A DNA stretch of 62,978 nt, counting the filler, from Octopus bimaculoides (lineage: Eukaryota), in the NCBI RefSeq assembly GCF_001194135.2. It is 8 parts of 8 records of this genome, joined end to end, with 100 filler letters (N's around TTAATTAATTAA, not from the genome) between each part and the next. Parts side by side here need not be neighbours in the genome. Positions count along the whole stretch, not along the records: positions 1 to 11,612 come from NC_068989.1; 7 more parts are not named here. One strand, written 5' to 3'. The notes under the pieces were generated by a model. The model did not search any database. It was not told the DNA's origin and saw nothing but the letters and a program-made list of their open reading frames with translations. Shown one piece after another: positions 1 to 10,742 of the stretch. Within the stretch, counting starts at the first letter, position 1, and each line of letters opens with the position of its first letter. The position numbers and the translations under genes were made by a program.

Positions 1-117
1 ATATATGGTACCCTAGGCATAACACCTACATAAACTTCTAACTTGTTGTCTCTTGAGGTCTCTGGGTGAGACTTGGATGCAACTTGTACAAATGCAAAGC
101 AAAAGTCAAACATAAAA
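1..117 (+). mobile_element. probable 3' UTR remnant of an R4/Dong-type non-LTR retrotransposon
   Basis: Unique sequence ending in AAAATAA and running into (TAA)n, like the other R4-type 3' ends in the window. No coding motif is visible. Confidence 0.3.
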
Positions 118-132
118 TAATAATAATAATAG

Positions 133-191
133 GGCGGCGATCTGGCGGAATCGTTAGCATGCCGGGCGAAATGCTTAGCGGTATTTCGTCT
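133..191 (+). mobile_element. 5' fragment of SINE family S2
   Basis: GGCGGCGATCTGGCGGAATCGTTAGCATGCCGGGCGAAATGCTTAGCGGTATTTCGTCT matches the head of the S2 copy at 336. Confidence 0.85.
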
Positions 192-310
192 GCTTACGGC
201 CATATCACGCAGAGAGCACCGGTTCTCGTCCGATCACCGAAGTTAAGCAACGTCGAGCCTAATGAGTACTTAGATGGGTGACCGCTTGGGAAACCTAGGT
301 GCTGTAAGCA
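192..310 (+). rRNA. full-length 5S rRNA copy, probably a retroposed pseudogene
   Basis: 119 nt from GCTTACGGCCATATCACGC to GGTGCTGTAAGCA. Helix I (GCTTACGGC/GCTGTAAGC) is fully paired. Box A-like AGTTAAGC and box C-like GATGGGTGACCGC are present. Followed by an A-rich tract (312-335) rather than an oligo-T terminator. Confidence 0.93.
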
Positions 311-335
311 TAAAAAAAATTTAAAAAAAAAAAAA

Positions 336-560
336 GGCGGCGAGCTGGCAGAATCGTTAGCNNNNNNNNNNGCTTAGCGGTATTTCGTCTGCCGTTACGT
401 TCTGAGTTCAAATTCTGCCGAGGTCGACTTTGCCTTTCATCCTTTCGGGGTCGATAAATTTAGTTCCAGTTACGCACTGGGGTCGATGTAATCGACTTAA
501 TCCCTTGTCTGTCCTTGTTTGACCCGTCTATGTTTAGCCTCCTGTCGGCAATAAAGGAAT
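336..560 (+). mobile_element. tRNA-derived SINE family S2 with a Meta-like central domain
   Basis: A-box TGGCAGAATCG, B-box GAGTTCAAATTC, then GAGGTCGACTTTGCCTTTCATCCTTTCGGGGTCGATAAA, which resembles the MetaSINE domain from memory. AAT-rich tail. More than 20 copies in the window. Confidence 0.85.
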
Positions 561-615
561 AAATAATGATAATAATAATAATAATGATAATAATAATAAT
601 ACTAATAATAATTAT

Positions 616-1121
616 TGGTACGACCACAAACCCGAAGGCATCATCGAAAATGATAATNNNNNNNNNNGTACGACCACAAACCCGAAGGCATCATCGAAAA
701 TGATAATGCAGTGATCCTGTGGGATTTTATGATTCAGTGCGACCATGAGGTAGAGAATAGGAAGTCAGACATAGTGTTAATTGAGAAAGAAAGCAAACAA
801 TCCTGGATCATAGATATAGCATGCCCAGCTGACAACATGGTATCCGATTAGGAAGAAAGGAAAGTCGATAGGTATGACAGGTTAGCTCGGGAAGTAAAGC
901 AGTTGTGGTCGATGAAAAAGGTAGTAGTAGTACCAATAATTGTCGGAGCCCTGGGAACAATGAGTAAAAATCTCCAGAAGTACATGGAACAAATAGGGGC
1001 TGCAATAAGGGTGGAGCACTTGCAGAAAACAGCACTGCTTGGAACCGCTCGAATACTCCGGAAGGTGCTCGAAAAAGACGGGGTGCTACCTTAGTTCACT
1101 GGTAGTGAAGCTGTGCAAAGG

Positions 1122-1122
<1 letters not shown>
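616..1122 (+). mobile_element. 5'-truncated R4/Dong-type retrotransposon, restriction-like endonuclease end
   Basis: Translates as WYDHKPEGIIEND-AVILWDFMIQCDHEVENRKSDIVLIEKESKQSWIIDIACP...VVPIIVGALG...LQKTALLGTARILRKVL, with one in-frame stop. Flanked by (TAA)n on both sides. Confidence 0.85.

Positions 1123-1195
<73 letters not shown>
1123..1195. repeat. (TAA)n microsatellite
   Basis: Near-perfect trinucleotide run separating two R4-type fragments. Confidence 0.95.
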
Positions 1196-2385
1196 TTGAT
1201 CAAGGCAGAAAGTATTGTTCTAGCAGAAGATGTGGGTGTTGATGTCAAGAAAAAGAAATATAATGGGAGTGACAAAAGAAAAGATCCATGATGGAAAAGA
1301 AGAACGTATATATGCTCTCGAAAGACATTTCTGTGTTAGACCGAAAAGAAAAGGGGGAGCTTAAAAGCGAACAAAAGTATAGGGCACTGAACAGGAAGTA
1401 TAATATTGAAAGAAAGGGCCCGAAAGTGGTAATGGAGGAACTGAAACAACACCTCGTTGAAAATGTGAGGTTGGAAATGTGAGGTGTGTTAGTCATGAAG
1501 AAAAACAGAATCAAATGTATGGACGGGCTAGCGATACCGTCGGGGAGGTTATGAAGCAGATAGAAGAGACGGGCTATAAGTATATGAGGATATTGGAAAT
1601 GGAGAAATTGATGGAGAAGGAAATGACAGAAAAATTTAAGGTGAATTACTTGCGCAGACTGAAACAGATCCTTAATTCGGAATTAAACAGACGGAATAAA
1701 ATTGAAGCTATCAACACCTGGGCGATTTAACTCCATAGATATGGAGCAGGGGCAATTGCATGGACAGTAGACGAACTAAAGAGTTTAGACAGAAAGAGAA
1801 GGAAGTTGCTGACTAAATATGGGATGCTCCACCCAAAAAGTGACACAGACAGACTGTATGCACCAAGAAAAAGAGGGGGAAGAGAACTGATTGGATTGGA
1901 ACACAGCGTTAGAGTAGATAAAAACAACATAGCATGATATGTAAAAATATCCCACAGAACCAATATTATTGGAATAAAGAAGGTCAGGCTAGTGTAGGAT
2001 GGAAGATTGCAAAGATAAAGCACTGTATAAGCACTTAAGAATAAATAAAATTGAAAATAGGTGGATAAAGAAAAGAATGCATAACAATTTCATGGGGATG
2101 TTGAAGGTAAGAAAGACAGAAAAAAGATGGCTGTGGATGACTAAAAGTAATTTAAAATCGGAAACAGAGGCTCTAATCTGTGCTAACCAAGAACAAGCAC
2201 TAAGAACCATTTATATCCAATACAGAATAGATAACACATCAGAAAGTGATAAGTGCAGAACTTGTGGACAAAATGGTGAAACCGTATGGCATATTACCAG
2301 TCAATGTACGCCACTAGCCCAGAAAGAATACAAGAGACGTCATGACAATATAGCAAAGATTGTCCATTGGATACATTGCAACAAA
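1196..2385 (+). mobile_element. degenerate R4/Dong-type retrotransposon, RT thumb to CCHC zinc knuckle
   Basis: Broken frames give YLRRLKQILNSELN..NKIEAINTWAI, DRLYAPRKRGGRELI and ETEALICANQEQALRT...DKCRTCGQNGETVWHITSQC..LAQKEYKRRHDNIAKIVHW. Confidence 0.88.
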
Positions 2386-3102
2386 TATGCATATATACAT
2401 ACATAAAATGTTTCACCCTTCACCAGAAGTCTAAGAGGTATTTTAAACCTTTTTCACTTCGCACAGAAGTACTCAGTATGGATGCCTCCATCATCAAGTA
2501 TTATATGTAACTGGTTGTACTTGGCAATTCTATAAGTTAAGACTTCTGACGCGAAAGCTCTACAGAGCATCATTTCTGGTTACGTGACCCAGAGGTAACC
2601 AAAATGAATTTTCATGATATCACAGACCCAAACTTGAATTCTTAAAATGAACACTTTAAACTGTGAGCTTTTGCTCAGAACAGTAATGAACCGCTGTCTA
2701 TGACTAGAAACAATATCTTGCATTTTCAGAAAACTTAAGTTGCCTATCAAGGAGGAAGATCTTATAGTTTGCAAGGTACTGACGTTCTGTATGTAAGAGG
2801 AACCAGAGTTATTCTTGTTTGCGTACTATTTGTTCCAATTTAACCGTCAAAATTCAGTTTTCACGCCTGATGGGTAATATATGAGTACACCAATAGGAGT
2901 TGCTGGTATGAATATTGCTCTAACGGTACTAGTAGAACACAGTTAAACTTTTTGAGTAAAGGCATACTCATTTTTAGTCCGAACTGAAAATGTATTTCAG
3001 ACGAAATTGCAACTGGGGAGTTGCTACTGACAAAATTAAATGCTACATTCTCATCAAAATATTAAAAGAAAAACAAATTCTACCCATACTTACAAACTTG
3101 TT

Positions 3103-3480
3103 GGCTGTGTGGTAAGTAGCTTGTTTACCAACCACATGGTTCTGGGTTCAGTCCCACTGCGTGGCACCTTGGGCAAGTGTCTTCTACTATAGCCTCGAGA
3201 CGACCAAATGCTTGTGAGTGGATTTGGTAGACAGAAACTGAAAGAAGCCCGTGATATATATGTATATATATATATGTATGTGTGTCTGTGTTTGTCCCCC
3301 AACATCGCTTGACAACCGATGCTGGTGTGTTTACGCCCTCGTAACTTAGCGGTCGGCTTAAGAGACCGATAGAATAAGTACTAGGCTTACAAAGAATAAG
3401 TCCTGGGGTCGATTTGTTCGACTAAAGGCGGTGCTCCACCATGGCCGCAGTCAAATGACTGAAATAAGTAAAAGAATAAA
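3103..3480 (+). mobile_element. tRNA-derived SINE family S1 with internal TA/TG microsatellite
   Basis: Head GGCTGTGTGGTAAG...GGTTCAGTCCCACTGCGTGGCACCTTGGGCAAGTG, central microsatellite, tail CATGGCCGCAGTCAAATGACTGAAATAAGTAAAAG. More than 15 full or partial copies in the window. Confidence 0.85.
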
Positions 3481-4559
3481 ATAGAGTATATGTTAGGGAT
3501 GAAATCTCGATAATGGCCATCATCTCTTAATATATCAGTTTATTCATTCTTCCACCAATTGCTTTTGGTGCCTATGCAGTCGCGAACTGTCATAGGTACC
3601 CTCTCAGCCGTCCTACCTTTGGCTCTGAAAATCATGGAGGATGTGACAACTAGAAGGAAAGAGGATTGCATCTACACTCGGTTGTTACTCCTTTTCAACT
3701 GGTGTGGAGAACCATGAAATCAAATGACTAGTTCAAATTGTGGGGAATCTAAACCTGTACCTTATGATCATGCGCACAACACTCTAACCACAAGGTACAT
3801 ATATATACATTATACATCGCTAGTTTACCTCCTAACATTATGGAATTAGAAAACAATAATTTTTTTCAATTTCAGCTATTCTTCTTTACCATGTGTATAT
3901 ATGTTTCAATTTCTGAGATTTCATCAGCTGAGATCAGTATGTTCTCAAAGAAATATAATATTTCAAGCAAACAATAATATATGAATTGACGTTGTGTGTA
4001 TTGTGGTCAAGACTGACTTTAGTTGTTTAAAGAAATTATACCAGATGAATCGCGTTTAAAGTGGATACATTTGCAAGAATCACTTTTGCGTACCGCCGCA
4101 GGATGAAATATTACAAATTTACGTTTTCGTTCTTTTTCTTTTCTTTCGAGCATTGCTTAAGATTAAATTTATCTTCAGACGGCTCCAAACAGAAGTTTAC
4201 AGCAGATGACGATTTTGCTTTATCAGCTTCCACTAACAAGAGAATTATCAGCGTACTTTACACGCAGAGTTGAAACAAATGCCTTTTAGCTAACTTATAT
4301 AGAATAGTAAAACAGTGTGGGGGGAGAGCGAGAGAGCGCGAGAGAAAGAAGGAGTGAGGGGGAGTGGGGGAGGGCGGAAGGTAGTAAATTATTTTACTTT
4401 TCTAATATTTGAATCCTGAACAAGGCACGAAGGCAGGGCCGCTTTGTTCAGGATTATAGAGGACAAACGAAATTCAAACCGTTCTACCGTTCTAACTATT
4501 GCGCAAATAAAAAAAATCCTTGTTGCAAACTTCAAATCGTTGTTTAGTTGATATGATGC

Positions 4560-4691
4560 CATGAAATTATATATACATACATATATGCATACATATGTAT
4601 TTATGTTATCATGTATATTTGTATGTATTACACACACACATACACGCACATACATGCATACATACATACATACATACATACATACATACAT

Positions 4692-4733
<42 letters not shown>
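4560..4733. repeat. compound (TACA)n/(GACA)n microsatellite
   Basis: Directly visible tetranucleotide runs. Confidence 0.9.
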
Positions 4734-4735
<2 letters not shown>

Positions 4736-4805
4736 TCTTGAGAAATTAGGCTTCTCAAAAGTAGAAAGGGGAAAGCTAATTCAAAGATTTCAGATTCAAT
4801 CTATC
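4734..4805 (+). mobile_element. R4-type endonuclease C-terminal fragment
   Basis: NLEKLGFSKVERGKLIQRFQIQSI is homologous to the copy near 6460-6530. Runs into an N gap. Confidence 0.6.
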
Positions 4806-5440
4806 NNNNNNNNNNNNNNNNNNNNNNNNNNNNNNNNNNNNNNNNNNNNNNNNNNNNNNNNNNNNNNNNNNNNNNNNNNNNNNNNNNNNNNNNNNNNNNN
4901 NNNNNNNNNNNNNNNNNNNNNNNNNNNNNNNNNNNNNNNNNNNNNNNNNNNNNNNNNNNNNNNNNNNNNNNNNNNNNNNNNNNNNNNNNNNNNNNNNNNN
5001 NNNNNNNNNNNNNNNNNNNNNNNNNNNNNNNNNNNNNNNNNNNNNNNNNNNNNNNNNNNNNNNNNNNNNNNNNNNNNNNNNNNNNNNNNNNNNNNNNNNN
5101 NNNNNNNNNNNNNNNNNNNNNNNNNNNNNNNNNNNNNNNNNNNNNNNNNNNNNNNNNNNNNNNNNNNNNNNNNNNNNNNNNNNNNNNNNNNNNNNNNNNN
5201 NNNNNNNNNNNNNNNNNNNNNNNNNNNNNNNNNNNNNNNNNNNNNNNNNNNNNNNNNNNNNNNNNNNNNNNNNNNNNNNNNNNNNNNNNNNNNNNNNNNN
5301 NNNNNNNNNNNNNNNNNNNNNNNNNNNNNNNNNNNNNNNNNNNNNNNNNNNNNNNNNNNNNNNNNNNNNNNNNNNNNNNNNNNNNNNNNNNNNNNNNNNN
5401 NNNNNNNNNNNNNNNNNNNNNNNNNNNNNNNNNNNNNNNN

Positions 5441-6090
5441 TCCCTCACCACAAGGGGCTGCGTGAACTCCAGAATTTCCTTGACCTTCGACCTAATCCCC
5501 AACCCGACACTTCGAAACTCGTTCGTCTGGCCGAAATTGTCCTCTCACTAAACTGCTTCTCGTTCGCGAGTGATTTTTACCAGCATTTCACGGGAGTGAC
5601 CATGGGAACGAGAACAACCCCCAACTACGCGAACCTGTTCGTTGGCTACGTTGGGGCCCAAATATTCTCAGGTTTCACTAGTCCCACTCCCGAACTATAC
5701 GGCCGTTATATTGACGACTGTATCGGTGCGACCTCACTCTCCCGCGAACATCTAGACTCCTTCCTCTCTTTTGTCAAATCTTTCCATCTTGCCCTGCACT
5801 TCTCCTGCACTATCTCTGACTCCTCTCTCTCCTTTCTTGACATTTCGGTCAGCATTCATCACTCCACTCTTACCACCCCGATCCACTACAAACATACAGA
5901 CTCACACTCATACCTCAACTTCTCCTCCACCCACCTTAAACACACCAAGCTTTCCATCCCCTATTCCCAATTCCTCCGTCTACGCAGGCTCTGTAGTGAC
6001 GACCATGACTTTGAGACTCAGTCTCAACTCATGGCTCGCCACTTCATCCTACGTAGATCTCCCCTCACCACTATCCACACTATCCACTCT
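5441..6090 (+). mobile_element. Penelope-like element (Neptune-like) reverse transcriptase fragment
   Basis: GVTMGTRTTPNYANLFVGY...YGRYIDDCIG...SFLDISV...YKHTDSHSYLNFSSTH...SIPYSQFLRLRRLCS are PLE RT core and thumb motifs. Confidence 0.9.
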
Positions 6091-6094
6091 ATAA

Positions 6095-6780
6095 TAAAAT
6101 CCGTCGGAAGGATAACCCCGAGGACAAAGAAACAAGAACTCACTGTATGCTAGAAGCCATCGCCACTCAAAATAAAAAGGAGTACTGGTGGAATTTCCCA
6201 GTGGAAACCTCAATAAAATGTAAGCACAACAGGCCTGATATAATGATTTGAGATAGCGAAGAGAAACTGTGTACAATTGTGGAAATTAGCTGCCCAGTAG
6301 ATGTTAACATAAAGCTGCCCAGTATGTTAACATAAAGTTGAAGATTAGTGGAAAAGAACTATTGAGATATCTGCAGTTATTCTATCCAGATTACAAGTTC
6401 ATGTTTATACCTGTAATTATTGGGGTCCTGGGATATGTAACACACTGCCTAAATACCAATCTTTAGAAATTAGGCTTCTCAAAACCAGAAAGGATAAAAC
6501 TAATTCGAAGACTACAGATCCAATCCATCACTGGAAGTGAAAACTTCAGTAAAGCTTTCGAGAAGTTAATCATTTAAATATATATGAGAATGTATAGATA
6601 TGCAAGTATATACAAAATATACAAATCTGCACATAAATGCATGCATACATACGTACGTACATACATACAAAAATACCCTGTTATTGATGCTGAAGTTCCA
6701 GTGAAGGAACCTTGGATCTAGGTTAGAAACCGGCTCTTCCTCTAGTGGCAAGAAATCTTCAAATAAAACTGAATAATGTC
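6095..6780 (+). mobile_element. R4-type retrotransposon 3' end (RLE domain and 3' UTR) of a second subfamily
   Basis: EYWWNFPVETSIKCKHNRPDIMI*DSEEKLCTIVEISCPVDVNIK...FMFIPVIIGVLG...RRLQIQSITG. Contains a roughly 24-bp local tandem duplication near 6290-6338. Confidence 0.8.
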
Positions 6781-7205
6781 CTACATACATACACAAACGC
6801 ATGCGCACACACACACATGCATCAATGTTTGTTTTTATGTTCAGTTATAAAAATAATTTTATATTAATCTGATAGGATACGCTACACTTTTGCTAAGTAC
6901 AAATTTATTATTTTTGTGCATGAATATTATTAACAGTAACTTCGCAGTTTCGCCAGCTAACCTATCGTACTTACCTTTATATAGTCCCTGGTGAATGAAC
7001 GTTACCCCAAATTTAACCAATAAAAACTTTTTTCAAAACCCCTTTTCATTCACCTGCATACATCCTAGTTATCACCTCACTCAAATCCACACGCTCAGAG
7101 ATAATTTTAACTCAGCAGTGACACTATATAAAAGCAAGACACACTCGCAGTCCGACCGATGATAGTTTAGTTGACCGAAACCTCGAAGCCACTGTCAAAA
7201 ACATA

Positions 7206-7550
7206 TATAACCACTCTGAACTTCTTGCATCTCGCAGTCTGGATAGGTGGCGCTGCGAGTTGATTTAGGTGTATTTACACCATTTGTCTTCAGCGAGAAA
7301 TTTTCTCCATGACAAAACACGGTGAATGACTTGTTTACGAATTTAAACTTGTCACTTGTATATTTGAATTGATAATAACATTCCATTTATACACATCACT
7401 GCTTAGCGCTCCCACCTCGTAATATATATATTATAGGTTTTTACTGCAATGTAGATATGCCGTTGCTTTCGTGTTATTACCTAATAAATTTTGACACTCT
7501 TGCCAAAGCCTGCCATATTTCTACGACTATTCAAAGAAAACTGCAGAGAA
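7206..7550 (+). repeat. left arm of a 345-bp inverted repeat (unclassified element)
   Basis: Reverse complement of 10400-10742. I count 10 substitutions and one 2-nt indel. Confidence 0.95.
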
Positions 7551-7552
7551 AG

Positions 7553-7737
7553 GGGCTCAGTTGTTTACATAGATCCCAGTACTCAACTTATTTTAACAGC
7601 ACTTATTTTAACGACCCCAAAAGGATGAAACGCAAAGTCGGCCCCCACCGATATTTGAACTCGGAACGTAAAGACGGACGAAATGCCACAAAACGTGCTG
7701 TCCGGCGTGCTTAAGATTCTGACACTTCGCCGCCTTT
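7553..7737 (-). mobile_element. SINE family S2
   Basis: Reverse complement of the S2 head and central domain. Abuts the inner end of the inverted-repeat arm. Confidence 0.75.
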
Positions 7738-8499
7738 TATATAACGATAATATTCACAACATAAATGTTACGTGCAGACAACGAGATTTTCCTAGAAATA
7801 TAATTTGTCTACGAAGCCAATTGACAATTATATTAATTATGTTACATTCACACAGACTCACAAACTTTTACTGAAGAAACTTGAGAAGCCGAAATGTGTA
7901 CACAGGTGTTGGATAATAAATTGTGGAAACTGATCAATTAGTGAGTGACCTTGTGAGAATATAATGTTCGGCAGTAAAATATCCTTTTTACTCACACACA
8001 GCATTTCATTATACTACGATTGTTTACATCAATACTTCCTGTCTAAGATGTTTTGAGGAAATAACGAGAGAAGTTATTGCTGGTAGCAGCAGTGTGCAAA
8101 CATGATTCAGCCGCTATCGGTCAGGTCTGTTGTGGGTAAATAGTCAGAAGAACAACGTTGAGAAACATACGGATACCCATAACTCTTAAAATACTGCATC
8201 TGTATAGAGCAGAAAAACACTCTACAAAACACTCTACAAGTTCTGGCGTTCGGGAACTGTGCTACTTGCTGGTTAAATGATCAGCTTTGTCATACAGATC
8301 TATGACCTAGCTTTCCAGCTGTGAGCATCTCTTCTTACTACATAACATAGTATATCTCCGAGTATATTACCCAATGTGTCGTTCTTTTATCTTTTAGGTA
8401 TTGCTTACAGTTGACTATGATTCAAGGGAGAACAGTTCACTATATCAAGCAGGTAAAATGCGACGCTGTATCTTTCTCGTTCTCCTATCCTTCTACTGA

Positions 8500-8790
8500 C
8501 ACGGCTTTGGTTGCGACGATAAGTGTTCCAGTTGATCTGATGAATGGAACAGCCAGCTCTTGAAATTAACGTGCAAATGGACGAGCATTCCACAAACACG
8601 TCTTCCATTAATGTAGTTCTCAGGGAGATTCGGCGTGACACAGAATGTGACACGGCTGGCCCTTTGAATTACAAATATAACTCATTTTTGCCAGCTGAAT
8701 GGACTGAAGTAACGTGAAATAAAGTGGCTTGCTCATGGACATAACGCCGTCAGGAATCAAAGTTACAACCAAACGACTGTGACCCCAAAA
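8500..8790 (-). mobile_element. SINE family S3 (CORE/V-like domain)
   Basis: GCCAGCTGAATGGACTGAAGTAACGTGAAATAAAGTGGCTTGCTCA block shared with 14265-14530, 56640-56850 and 57300-57445. Confidence 0.7.
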
Positions 8791-9059
8791 ATTCCATTGT
8801 CCATTATACACCGTTGTTAAATGCAATATATGATGCAGTGCTGCAAACTTTGCATGACGTCAACACTCCCCAATGGACAGTTGGTTACTGCACACATAGA
8901 TTTTGATATAAGACATAATGGCGTCTCTAAAGTGGATTCAGTAACTCGAACATTGCTACTCATTTGCACTTCCTTATAAAGGTTGGTGTTTGGATACTTT
9001 GTAAGCGTTGATGCTACTCCTACTCTGTGTATATATGATTAGGTTGTATCAATTAAGTG

Positions 9060-9207
9060 CACTAGCATAGCTAGAGTCTGTGCTGTCCGGGGCGGCCTCC
9101 GGATCACGCAAAAAGCACATATTGCCTACAGCAGACTCAAACGTGGTGTCCCTTCAAAGATGCCGCCCGGGGCGGACCGCTCCTACAGCCCCCCAGCTAC
9201 ACTAGGG
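9060..9207. mobile_element. small hAT-like MITE
   Basis: Termini CACTAGCATAGCT and AGCTACACTAGGG, GC-rich subterminal CCGGGGCGG at both ends, and flanks ATTAAGTG / ACTAATTG matching 6/8 as a decayed 8-bp TSD. Confidence 0.5.
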
Positions 9208-10176
9208 ACTAATTGCGATAGATAATGACGTACATATTTATTTTGTTATATAATATCGTTGTTGGAGAACCATAGCTTCATTGTTAACGAGTTTCAAAAC
9301 ATCTAAACCACGGTTCATTGAGAATCTAACGGGAAAGAGTGACAAGGAAGTGTTGTAACTCGATGAGATTTCTTTGAAGAGTATCTTTTTGACATTGATG
9401 TTGATGACATTCTCTAATATATGGTGAAAAATACAAACCCACAAACATACATATATACATTCTTACATATACATATAAACACATACAAAGTGCCCACGAA
9501 GAAAGATAGAGCGACAGAAGACTATATTAACCAGAAGCAAAACATGTCAGACGGAGTTTTCGTCTTACATCAAAACACTATCCCACGATGCATTTGTAGT
9601 TCCAGTAGTAAAACCAAGATTTGGGATGTTTGACTGGTTTTTAGAGAAACCTCGCTCCATTAAACCCCAAATGTAGTGATTTCAGCTGCATACTTCCATA
9701 GAAATAGTGATGGTAACAAACAGTGTCTCATACAATGGATGGGAAGGACGAAGTTTGGATTACCCTCGACAATATCTTCTATTAAATAACAAAACCAGAA
9801 ATATAAAAATATATAAAATATAAAAAAAAACAAAACAGCTCTTTCACTAAATATTTCAAGACGTACACACATTCATATCAACTTGATAAATACATTAATA
9901 TAAATGTACATACATGGATATACGATGGGCTTCTTCGCAGTTTTCTTCGATTACATGCCACTCACAAGACATTGATCAATCTGAGGTTATGGATGGAGAT
10001 GCTTTCTCGATGTACCGAGCACTGGTATCGAAACTGAAAACACGTTGTTGTAAATGCAAACTTAATTTGTTATCGCCATGGTCTTACTTCATTCATAAAT
10101 TGCTGTTGAATTTGTGATCTGAATCGTTGCAGATGTATATATATATTCTTTTTATTCTCGATGTATTTCTTCGGGC

Positions 10177-10305
10177 AGTAGAAATATGTCTGAGATCTGG
10201 AGTAGCAGAAATGTTTGAGATTTGGAGAAATAGAAATGTTTAAGATCTGGCGCAGTAAAAGTATTTTTGCGTTTGGGAGAAGTAGAAATATGTTTGAGAT
10301 TTTGA
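10177..10305. repeat. degenerate 24-27-bp tandem repeat, about 5 units
   Basis: Unit resembles AGTAGAAATATGTTTGAGATCTGG. Confidence 0.75.
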
Positions 10306-10399
10306 GCAATAGGGCTTGTAGATCCAACACGTCCAATAAATGTGGCATTTTCATTTCCTTTACCCGAAAGGTGTTGCTAATAGCGTACTTTGGTAATTA

Positions 10400-10742
10400 T
10401 TCTGTGCAGTTTTCTTTGAATAGTCGTAGAAATATGGCGGGCTTTGGCAAAAGTGTCAAAACTTATTAGGTAATAACACGAAAGCAACAGCATATCTACA
10501 TTGCAGTAAAAACCTATAATATATATTACGAGGTGGGAGCGTTAAGCAGTGATGTGTATAAATGTAATGTTATTATCAGTTCAAATATACAAGTGACAAG
10601 TTTGAATTCGTAAACAAGTCATTCACCGTGTTTTGTCATGGAGAAAATTTCTCGCTGAAGACAAATGGTGTAAATACACCTAAATCAACTCGCAGCGCCA
10701 CCTATCCAGACTGCGAGATGCAAGAAGTTCAGAGTGGCTATA
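10400..10742 (-). repeat. right arm of the 345-bp inverted repeat
   Basis: Pairs with 7206-7550. The ORF track shows the same peptide FCHGENFSLKTNGVNTPKSTRSATYPDCEMQEVQSGY on opposite strands. Confidence 0.95.

Noticed and set aside
617-707. Apparent 40-bp tandem duplication around a 10-N gap
   Set aside because: Identical sequence on both sides of a tiny gap is the signature of an unmerged contig overlap.
4061-4273. Possible plus-strand exon after TTTATCTTCAG
   Set aside because: Two frames are open for about 30 codons but there is no donor or homology.
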